64,000 nt of DNA from Leucoraja erinacea. Its lineage: Eukaryota. The stretch lies in NCBI RefSeq assembly GCF_028641065.1, contig NW_026576276.1:1-64000 (forward strand). The letters are read 5' to 3'. Shown here piece after piece: positions 49,211 through 58,858 of the stretch. Position 1 is the stretch's first letter, and each line of letters starts with the position of its first letter. The notes under the pieces were generated by a model, which saw only the letters and a list, made by a program, of their open reading frames with translations, did not search any database and was not told where the DNA came from. Made by a program: the position numbers and the translations under genes.

Positions 49211-51020
49211 TATTGAGAGTTGGCAGGTCGGGCTGGACTTAGCCGCAAAAGATGAGGGCAGATTCTTGTAGATGGGTCTTTGCTGAGAATGTTTCAATGC
49301 AGCCAGTCATATTGGAATAGATTGGGTGCAAACAAGGATATAGGCCAGGATGAGATGTTCCACACCAGGGGATCGGAGATGTCCTCATTCTCTAGGGAAT
49401 GGGCGTTCCCCTCTTCAACTATAGATGAGGCTCTCACCAGGATCTCCTCAATATCCCGTAGCTCCGTTCTCACTCCCTATCCCCCCACTCATAACAAGGG
49501 CAGTGTCCCGCTTGTCCTCACCTTCCACCCTACCAGCCATCACATACACAGATAATCGTCCGACATTTTTGCCACCTCCAATGGGATCCCACCACTGGCC
49601 ACATCTTCCCATCTCCTCTCCTTTCGGCTTTTCGCAGAGACCGTAACTTCCTGGTCAATTCGTCCCTTCCCACACAAACCACCCCCTCCCCTGGTACTTT
49701 CTCTTGCTACCGCAGGAAATGCTACACTTGTCGCATTACCTCACCCCTTGACTCCATCCAAGGACTCAAGCAATCTTTCCAGGTGCTGCAGAGGTTCACC
49801 TGCACCTCCTCCAACCTCATCTATTCATGGCTGCCAACATTGGGTGAGAGTTGGGAGTGAGAAATTGCGAAAGACCAAGCCCGAGGGAGCATAGTGACCG
49901 GGGGGGGGGGGGGGGGGAAGGGGGGTGTACCTCTCCCATTGGTACGGAACATTTGCATTTTTAAGCTTGAAATTGTGCAATATGGTGCATACTGTAGCGA
50001 GTCTTTTAATTTACACTTGAATGCAATATATATGCTTTAAATTGAATTGGAGCGTTTTTGAAAGGGGGGAGGCTGTGCGATCACTGATCACTGGTCTTGG
50101 GGGTACCCGGTGAGGGAGTGGAGCAACCGAGTGGGGAGAGGGTGTGGAAGAAGGGTGTCCTCCCTCCCAGGGTAGGAATCTTTTGAAATTTGATGTATTA
50201 AAATCATGTTTTAGTGCACTGTAGAAGTATGATTTCAATGTTTTTTGTATGAAGTATTTTTAAGAGGTAACTTTTTAAGGGGTAACTTTATCCACACAAA
50301 GGGTGATGGGTGTATGGAACAAGCTGCCAGAGGAGGTAGTTGAGGCAGGGACCATCCCAACATTTAAGAAAAAGTTAGACTGATACATGGATAGGACCGG
50401 TTTGGAGGTATGGACCAAAAGCAGGTGACGTAGCTAGGACATGTTGGCAGGTGTGGGCAAGTTGCACCGAAGGGCCTGTTTTCACACTGTATCACTCTAT
50501 GACTACATTATACCTCCACCATGCATGAATGCTTCAAAATCAAGTGATCGAGTTTTATTGCCATATACTCAAGCATAGAAACATAGAAAATAGGTGCAGG
50601 AATAGGCCATCGGCCCTTCGAGCCAGCACTGCCATTCAATATGATCATGGCTATTCATCTAAAATCAGTACCTCTTTCCTGTTTTTTCCCCATATCCCTT
50701 GATGTCATTAGCCCCAAGAACTAAATGTAACTCTCTCTTGAAAACATCCAGTGAATTGGCCTGCACTGCCTTCTGTGGCAGAGAATTCCACAGATTCACA
50801 ACTCTCTGCGTGAAGAAAGTTTGTTCTCATCTCAGTCCTAACTGGCCCCCCCTTTATTCTTAAACTGTGACCCATGGTTCTGAACGCCCCCAACATCAGG
50901 AACATTTTTCCTGCAGTTACAGTAAGTGAAAATCTAGCAGGCAAGCAGGATGCTTTCACCAACCACCCCCATTTGAAGTCCACTATCTTCCACCATATCT
51001 ACCCAGTGCTTGGTACTTAC

Positions 51021-51176
51021 TTCCAGCAGCCACTGGTTGTCCTCCAGGATGCACCGAGCCGCAGCCTGATCCATGCCCGTTACCTGGGCAAATTCGGCAC
51101 AGAGACTCTCACGGCAGCGGCGCAACGCTTCGACGCCTCCGACGGCCCGGGACTCTTGCACTGAGGCTGCTCCATG
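51021..51176 (-). pseudogene. TDP2: Captured TDP2-like exon 1 fragment (N-terminal UBA-like domain); second partial copy at ~52197-52278
   Basis: RESLCAEFAQVTGMDQAAARCILEDNQWLLE followed by donor GTAAGT resembles TDP2 RLLCVEFASVASCDAAVAQCFLAENDWEME (recalled from memory). Confidence 0.65.
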
Positions 51177-51414
51177 GCCGGAGCTGCAGTGAGCGACTCG
51201 CCAGCCCGGCAAACACTTGCCAGCCCCGTTCCCCATCCACATCTGTCCCCGTCGCTGCTGCTGCTTCCAACACCCGTGCCCCAGGCAGTTGATATGAATT
51301 TTGAAATTTTCGTTGATCACAGAATTTCTCACAACAGAGAGAAATTTGTGATCAGCGTGAGAATTTGGTGAAATGCGTGATTCTCATGCTCAATGCATGG
51401 GAGTTGGCAGCCCT

Positions 51415-52182
51415 GCCTCTCAATCCCCCTCTCCCTCTCTCTCCTCTCTCCCTCCACCTCTCTTTCTCTCCCCTCTCTCTCTTTCCCTCCCACCTCACTC
51501 TCGCCCCTCTCTCTCTCCCCCTCTCTTCTGCTCTCTCTCCTCTCAACCCACCTCTCTCTCCCCCTCCCCCTCTCTCTCTCTCCCCTGTCTCACCCCTCTC
51601 TCTCTCTCCCCCTCTCCCTCTCTCTCTCCTCCTCCCCCCCTCTCTCCTCTCATCTCTCCTCTCTCTCTTTCCCCTACCTCTCTCCCCCTCTCTCTTTCCC
51701 TCCCTCTCTCTCCTCCCCCCTCTCTCTCTCTCTCCCCCTCTTCTCTCTCTCCCTCCCTCTTCCCCTCTCTCTCTCCTCTCCCTCACTCTCTCTCTCTCCT
51801 CTCTCTCTCCCTCTCTACACACTCTCCCCTCTCTCTCTGTCTCTCATCTCCCTCCTCTCTCTCCCCCCCCCCCCTTTCTCTCATCTCTCTCTCCCTCTCT
51901 CCCCCATTTCTCCGTCCCCCTCTCTCTCCCCCCGGCTCTCTCTTCTCTCTCTCTCTTCTCTCTTCTGTCTCTCTCCTCTCCCTCTCTCTCCCCCCCCCCC
52001 CCCCCTCTGTCTCTATCTTTTCCCCTCTCTCCCTTCCCCCTCACTCTCTCCCATTCCCTCCCCCTCTCTCTCTCCCTCCCCCTCTCTCCACCCCCCTCTC
52101 TCTTCCCTCTTTCTTCCCTCTCACCCCTCTCTCTCTTCCCACTCTCCCTGTCTCCTTCCCCTCTCTCTCTCTCCACCTCCCT
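51415..52182. repeat. CT-rich low-complexity microsatellite
   Basis: Visible directly; accounts for the spurious L/S/P-rich and R/E/G-rich ORFs. Confidence 0.95.
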
Positions 52183-54137
52183 TTGAGAGTCTGTCCCTTC
52201 GGCACAGAGACTCTCGCGGCAGCGGAGCTTCCGACGGCTCCGCGGCCCGGGCCACTCGCACTGTCCGGAGCGCTCCATGGCCAGAGCTGCAGCGAGCGAC
52301 TCGCTAGCCGCGCAAGCTCACCAGTCCCGGCTCCCCGCATCTGTTCCCGCCGCTGGTTCTGCTTCCATCCCTCCCGCAGCCTCGGCTCTCCAACACCCGC
52401 GGACCATGCAGTTTGTCCGAGTTTTGACATTTTCGTTGATCACAACATTTCTCACTACTGAGCGTGAGAAATGTCTGATGAGCGTGAGGGCGTGAGAGTT
52501 TGCTTGAGGGCGTGAGTCTCACGTTCAAAGCGTGAGAGTTGGCAGCCCTGTCTATTGCATCCGCTGCTCTAGGTGTCAGCTGCTCTACTTCAGTGAGACC
52601 AAGCGTAGGCTTGGCAATCACTTTGCCCAACAAGTTTGCTCAGTTGGTAATAACCAACCTGATCTCCTGGTGGCTCAACACTTCAACTCCCCCTCCCCCT
52701 CCCCTTCCGAATCCGACCTTTCTGGCCTGGGCCTCCTCCGAATTCAAGTGCTTTCTCTCTCTTTCCCCTCCCCCCCTTCCCAGCTCTCCCACAGCCCACT
52801 GTCTCCCCTCTTCCTTTCTTCTTCCCGCCCCCACCACCCCCACATCAGTCTGAAGAAGGGTCTCGACCCGAAACGTTACCTATTCCTTCGCTCCATAGAT
52901 GCTGCCTCACCCGCTGAGTTTCTCTAGCATTTGTATCTACCTAGGATATAGGCTGGGGTCATTTGAGCGAATCTTGAGCAAAAACACAGTGGGGCAGGCA
53001 CCATCTCGTTAGAACATGGGCAGGCAACATGTTGGATCGGGGCCTTTCTCCCGACCCTTCTTCAGAAGCTGTTACAAGTTTCACTGTTGAATCTGAAGAA
53101 GGGTCCCGGCCTCAAACGTCGCCTATTCATGTTCCCCAGAGATACTGTCTGTTAAAGAAAACTTGAAATCACACTGCAAAGATCAGTCAAGGCAATCAAG
53201 ACTTTATTGAAGAGCATCACATACAATGATCAATGCGGGCTGATCTACTGTGGCTAAAGATTCATGTGATCTTAGATCCATTGCCTCCTTTTGAAGTGTC
53301 GTTTACCATTGCAGGCACGTACGCATTTCCTCTTCTTCAGAATAGTCTTACAACAGTTATGAATCATGCACCTTGATAGACACAGCAACAGACACAGTTC
53401 AATCCAACACCAATGGCCGCTAAACAGATGTGTAAGAAGGAACTGCAGATGCTGATTTAAATCGAAGATGATGAAGGAAACAGGGTGAAACAGCTAACAA
53501 TGTCACTGCGTTCCTTACCATCGCTACTTGTTTACATATCTTTCATCCATTGTTCTTTATCTCTCCACATCACCGTCTATATCTGTCGTTTCCCTTATCC
53601 CTAACCAGTCTGAAAAAGGGTCTCGACCCGAAATGTCACCCATCCCTTCCGTCCAGAGACGCTGCCTGTCCCGCTGAGTTACTCCAGTTTTTTGTGTCTA
53701 TCTGCAGCTAAACGGGTGTCGTGTGACGCTTGCAAACTCTTTCTAATTTATTCCAATTGCCATTTCATCCATTACACTGATCGGTTGAGTTATTCCAGCA
53801 CTTTGTGTGTTTTGCTCAAGATTAAAACATTTGTAGTTCCTCGTGTCTAATGAACAAATATTGTGCTTCCAGCGAATACATGGAAGAGGAACTGTTGCGA
53901 TCTTAATCTTTTTCCAAAAAATCCATAGTTTGCTGTTTCATATCTTGATCTGGAAATTGAATATTTTTATATCAGAAAATACTCGCAACAAAAAAAAACC
54001 TTGACAAAATATTTCATGTTTGCACAATTTCACAGTTTCCATTCCAGTTTCCATTCCAGAAGCTTTGCACTCATTACCTACTAAAATAAGCATCTGGTTC
54101 AGTCTGGATGCAAATGATCAGAGCGGAGTTTCAGAGA

Positions 54138-55136
54138 TCATTTGTCGATCCGCTGCAGTCCATCCATCGTGTCCTCTTGTCCAGTTTCTTGACTTATGCC
54201 CGATCTGCCCGACTTTAATTTCAGACGAACGAGAGCTTTCATCAAGGCGTTGTTAAATGACGAATTAAAAACACAATGAACAACGGGATTCACCATACTG
54301 TTCATGTAAGTCAGAAACAATGTATTATAAAATAAACGTATTGCTATTTTAAACGCATGACAGTGTCGGGCACTTCTTAGCTTCGTGACTACAACTGCGA
54401 CAAAAGCAATATTGGTAGGCATGAAGCAAATGATGAAAATTGCCGCCACAGTTATCACAATCCTCACAGTCCGTTTATATTTCCGCCACGCGTTGCGTTT
54501 GATCTGTCTTAACTTCCAAGTGATGCAGGAGGTACAGAACAGAATAACTGAAGCTGGTAGAATACAGAAAAAGATTATGAAAACAATTCCACTCCAAATA
54601 CTTGTGCCACTTAGAGGGCCGTTTATTTTGAAGGACTCACAGAGCGTCACATTATTATGCTCCGAGTCGTGTCGTTCTGTCACCAAATGCATCCAAATTG
54701 CCACTGCCATAATCCACAGAGCGGCTGCAACCTTCACTGCGCACTTTGCAGATATCTTGTTAACTTTGTGGAGAGGGTGGATCACCTTCAAATAGCGATC
54801 GATGGCTATAACCATTAGGAAACAGATACTGCCAGTCCGATTTATGGAAATCATGAATAGATCCATGCGGCAAAGAACATCACCATAAACCCATCCCTTC
54901 ACGTGTAACAAATAACCAATTCTAACGGGTAGGCAGATGATTAGAAGCATGTCGGCAATGGCCAGATTCAGTGAGTACACGGTGTTTGGATTCCAGCGTT
55001 TTACATGAAAGAGGAAGATCCACAGAGCGATTGCATTTCCAACAAACCCCAGGACGACGGTGACACAAATGACAAGTGTGGTGTGGGACGAGAAGTCGGT
55101 TTCATCCAGAACACATTGCTGAGCGGACCTCGCCAT
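54138..55136 (-). CDS. HCAR-like class A GPCR (B), intact ORF
   Basis: GNAIALWIFLFH, ADMLLIICLP, INRTGS, DRY, CESF, CFMP, NPVVH. ATG at 55136 (acaATGG) aligns with paralog starts; an upstream in-frame ATG lies at 55184. Confidence 0.9.
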   Translation of the reverse strand: MARSAQQCVLDETDFSSHTTLVICVTVVLGFVGNAIALWIFLFHVKRWNPNTVYSLNLAIADMLLIICLPVRIGYLLHVKGWVYGDVLCRMDLFMISINRTGSICFLMVIAIDRYLKVIHPLHKVNKISAKCAVKVAAALWIMAVAIWMHLVTERHDSEHNNVTLCESFKINGPLSGTSIWSGIVFIIFFCILPASVILFCTSCITWKLRQIKRNAWRKYKRTVRIVITVAAIFIICFMPTNIAFVAVVVTKLRSARHCHAFKIAIRLFYNTLFLTYMNSMVNPVVHCVFNSSFNNALMKALVRLKLKSGRSGISQETGQEDTMDGLQRIDK

Positions 55137-55670
55137 TGTGGGACAGTCACACAGCCAGAGCGCTGCAGAGGGCAGAGAGCTCATGCAAAGAGGAACAACC
55201 GTTTCTGCTCACGCTGCAGGGTTGGGGTGAAACAGAGCACCAATTAGCTGTGTTGTAAACACATTGGCAATATCATGGACAGCGATACCTAGAATTTAGA
55301 AATAATTAGTCATCGCTGCGGTACACCATGATGGTTTTTTCAATGGAAAACATAGAATAGGGAAGAGTACAGCGTGCCATGCCAAACGTGCAGGCAAGAT
55401 AAACCAATCTCATCTGTCTGCACATGATCCATATCCTCCATTTCCTGAATATCCATGTGCCTATCTAAAAGCCTCTTAAATGCCACTATCAATTTGACTT
55501 CACAACCACCCCCAGCAGCGCATTCCAGGCACTCGCCACTCGCTGTGTAAAGAGCTTGTCCCACACATCTCCTTTAAACCTTGTCCCTCTCATCTTAAAG
55601 CTATGCTCGCTCCCGTTTGATATTTCCACCCTGAGGAATGTCCACCCCATCCATGCCTCACATAATTTTA

Positions 55671-57337
55671 CTAGACTAAGTGGGACCTGTTGGGTCCCAT
55701 GTTCACACGGGGGGGGGGGGGGGGGGCTGGTCCCCCAACCAATATGCCACCTCTCCACCAATTCCAATATTGGTGGCGAGTGGAGGGGGGGGGGGGGCTT
55801 TCTGGAGCGCTGGTATGGGTGTTGTGGGCTGAAGGGACTGGTCTCGAGAGGGCTAGTATGGACATTGTGGGCCAAATGGATTCTTGGGGTGGCAGCACAG
55901 TCCCTCAAGCCTGATGTGCTGGCAGCTCACTCACAGCTGGTGGGCTAGCAGTTGACTCATGGCTATTCCTTGAAATTCCATTTCAAGCAGTGTGCAAGGC
56001 CACCAAATTCAAATTCATATTCCTACCATTTCAACCCAGGGTACACGGCCACCAAATTCAAGCGCAGTTTCATACCACTTCAAGCAGGGTGCAAGGCCAC
56101 AAAATTCAGGTGCAGTTTCCTACCACTTCAAGCAGGGTGCAAGGCCATCAAATTCAAGTACAGTTTCCTACCAGTACCACCAAGGTGCAAAGCCACCAAA
56201 TTCGTGCAGTTTTCGACCCCTTCAAGCAGGGTGCAAGGCCACTGAATTCAAGTGCAGTTTCATACCACTTCAAGCAGCGTGCAAGGCCACCGAATTCGTG
56301 CAGTTTCCAACCTCTTCAAGCAGGGTGCAAGGCCAGCAAATTCAAGTGCAGTTTCATACCATTTCAAGCAGAGTGCAAGGCCACCAAATTCAAATGTAGT
56401 TTCATACCATTGCATGTAGGGTGCAAGGCCACCACATTCAAATGCAGTTTCATACCATTTCATGCAGAGTGCAAGGCCATCATCTTCAAATGCAGTTTCA
56501 TACCATTTCAAGCAGGGTGAAACCACCATAAAACCACACAAAACACCACACCCACTATTCGGTAGACATTCAGTGTGTTCAGTTGATTCACAGCTCAGAC
56601 AGAGTCGTGACCTCTCCCTCTCCCATCATGCAGAGACTGAGCCACACCCACACTTCCAGGTTTTATAATCCCTCCCCCTCCCGCGGGAAAAGGTGTGGCC
56701 TTCATGGCGTGATTGACAGGAGAGAGATTCTCGACATTTTTTTAAACACTAATAACATTTTTATTTTTCATTGATGGGAAGAATCCTCTGCACCTGATGA
56801 GCAGAGGGGGATTGAGTAAGATGGCCAAAAATCACAACCATTAGTGGTAGCCTTTTTCTAAAATAAATCTGCAGTGCAAACAGGAAGTTATCAATTTTAC
56901 CTCACCAAGCATTTACTGTGCTTTTGCTTCAACCCGAACCCCTGCCAACCCTTTGCTGTGCTTTTACTTCACCCAGAACCCCCACCAACACTTTGCTGTG
57001 CATTTACTTCACCATGAACCCCCACCAACAATTTGCCATGCTTTCACTTCGACCCAACCCCCCCACCAATCCCTTTCCATGCTTTCACTTCGACCCAACC
57101 CCCACCCCCCAACCCCTCCCCCTCCCACCAGCAGGGCAGCAGAGAGAATCTCAACATTTTTTAAACATTAATAACTCTTTTATTTTTTATAGATGGGAAA
57201 CATCCTCTTGTCCTGCGCAGCGGAGGGGGACTGTGAGTAAGGCGGCAAAAATCACATCCGTAAGTGGCAGATTTTTTTCTAAAATCATAAAACAGAAAAA
57301 CAGGAAGTGGTCAAGATCAGACTTTTAGTAATATAGA
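55671..57337 (-). mobile_element. Non-autonomous Helitron
   Basis: Minus strand starts A^TCTATATTACTAAAAG (57337) and ends with hairpin GGGACC-CAACA-GGTCCC, then CTAG^T (55671); inserted in an AT dinucleotide with no TSD. Confidence 0.8.
55975..56520. repeat. 48-bp minisatellite (~11 copies) inside the Helitron
   Basis: Unit CTTCAAGCAGGGTGCAAGGCCACCAAATTCAAGTGCAGTTTCATACCA; gives 16-aa periodic ORFs. Confidence 0.9.
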
Positions 57338-57529
57338 TGGGTCAACAATCGTGGATCTGTACCTGACCACACTCCCTGGGTAAGCAGAGCTCCCCCCTCT
57401 CAAAGAACATTAGCTAACCAGGCACATCTTTACAATAATTTGAGAGTTGCATTGTTAACTGATGATGATGATGATACTTTATTGTCACATGAACCTATGC
57501 ACCTGGGTGGAGGACATGGCAGCTTCCGG

Positions 57530-58697
57530 CATAGACTGTTAATACACGAAATGCGTACTTTCTTACCCGTTAAAAAACGCTGAAAAGGTCATTTTTTGCA
57601 CTGTAAATAATCGTGCAAATCGGGGTAAGCATGAGAGACATTTATCCTACTTCAGAATTGCAAAAGTGAAGAGAAATGATGGTAGAGAGAAGAGAGAGCT
57701 GAAGGGACAACAACAGCTAAAGTGGTTGGCGAACATTGGCCGTGCAGATATCGAGATTGAAAATATTGTGAATTATTGCGTTTGCTCACTGCATTTCATC
57801 AACAGTAAGGCATTATTTGTGTTTTTTCTTGATTCCGTTGGTATCTAAAAAGTTACAGAAGTGATAAATCTGGCGGTAACACTTTAAAATCGCCCATAGT
57901 TCTGAAGTGGGTTTTTACATGCAAAAAGAAAATGTTTCTGAAGCTAAATTTACGAGTGGTGTGTGGAAAAGTAAGTTTCCTATCATTATGCTATTGAGCT
58001 GTATATTTTGGCAAATAATACAATGTCTTAACAGCTTAAACACTCACTCCCTTTCAATTGGATGTTGTCAATTTGTTGAGGTTGATTATGTCCAATTAAC
58101 AGCTAACAATTATGCCATTCCTTGGCTTGCATCTGAGTAAAATGTAATTCAAAACCCACGTATCGTTTGCAATTTTTTTTAATGATACATTTTGCTTCAG
58201 AAGCGTTTTCTTTTTGTATGTAAAAACCCACTTGAGAACCATGGGTGATTTTTTTAATTTTACAGCCAGATTTATCACTTCTGAAACTTTTTAGATACCA
58301 AAGGAATCAAGAAAAAACACAAAAATAATGCCTTACTGTTGATGAAATGCAGTGAGCAAACGCAATAATTGCCAATATTTTCAATCTCGATATCTGGACG
58401 GCCAATGTTCGCCAAGCACTTTAGCTGTTGTTGTCCCTTCAGCACTCGCTTCTCTCAACCATAATTTCTCCTCACTTTTGCAATTCTGAAGTAGGATAAA
58501 TGTCTCTCACGCTTACCCCGATTTCCATAATTATTTACAACGCAAAAATTGACCATTTCGGCGTGTTTTAACGTGCCAGCTACGCTGGAAGCAATGGTCA
58601 GTGCTGACCTGCAGTTCATCGCGTGTACTCCAGTTGGCGCAGTGTGGCAACAGCACGGGTCACGTGTCATGACCCGACTGCCGTGCAACCTCCCTAT
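57530..58697. mobile_element. Palindromic non-autonomous DNA transposon with a THAP-domain remnant in each arm
   Basis: Arms ~57570-57945 and ~58190-58572 are inverted; composite translation MVNFCVVNNYGNR..SYFRI..KWLANIGR..VCSLHF is a THAP signature; end GTGCAACCTCCCTAT is related to ATAGAGGGGTTGCAC at 61488. Confidence 0.7.
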
Positions 58698-58730
58698 GAT
58701 GATTAGTGCAAGAAAAAGTCCAGATGCCCG

Positions 58731-58837
58731 AGTACTTCCCCAAATACGTACTTCCCACCCGTGACCTGTGATGTGGCAGCCAGGCTATATAAGTTTGTTC
58801 TTCTTTTATTCACTTGTCAAATCTCGGATGGGGAAGT
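58731..58837 (+). promoter_or_regulatory. Putative core promoter of GPCR D: TATA box plus ETS/PU.1-like sites
   Basis: TATATAAG at 58786-58793; ACTTCCCC at 58734, ACTTCCC at 58750, GGGGAAGT at 58830; ATG about 70 bp downstream of the TATA box. Confidence 0.5.
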
Positions 58838-58858
58838 GTCTGAGATTCCCGCAACTCG

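Larger units (their letters stand above)
49826..52550. mobile_element. Non-autonomous TIR DNA transposon (CAGGGCTGCCAAC termini, 6-bp TSD TCTATT) carrying cargo
   Basis: CATGGCTGCCAAC at 49826 and GTTGGCAGCCCTG ending at 52550; TCTATT at 49820-49825 and 52551-52556; duplicated right end at ~51402-51414; contains CR1 pieces (50280-50500, 50575-50910). Confidence 0.75.
49345..52945 (+). mobile_element. Penelope-like retroelement (linker and GIY-YIG endonuclease), split by a TIR element
   Basis: VPLVLTFHPTS (ORF 49280-49555); FTCTSSNLI|YCIRCSRCQLLY..ETKRRLG..F..VAQHFNS read across the insertion; terminal repeat at 52848-52940. Confidence 0.85.

Noticed and set aside
51352-52461. Long ORFs of 144-362 aa rich in L/S/P or R/E/G
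   Set aside because: Translations of a CT microsatellite; no coding signal
55952-56541. Cys-rich 16-aa periodic ORFs / CRISPR-like array
   Set aside because: Head-to-tail 48-bp minisatellite with no unique spacers and no cas genes, in eukaryotic DNA inside a Helitron
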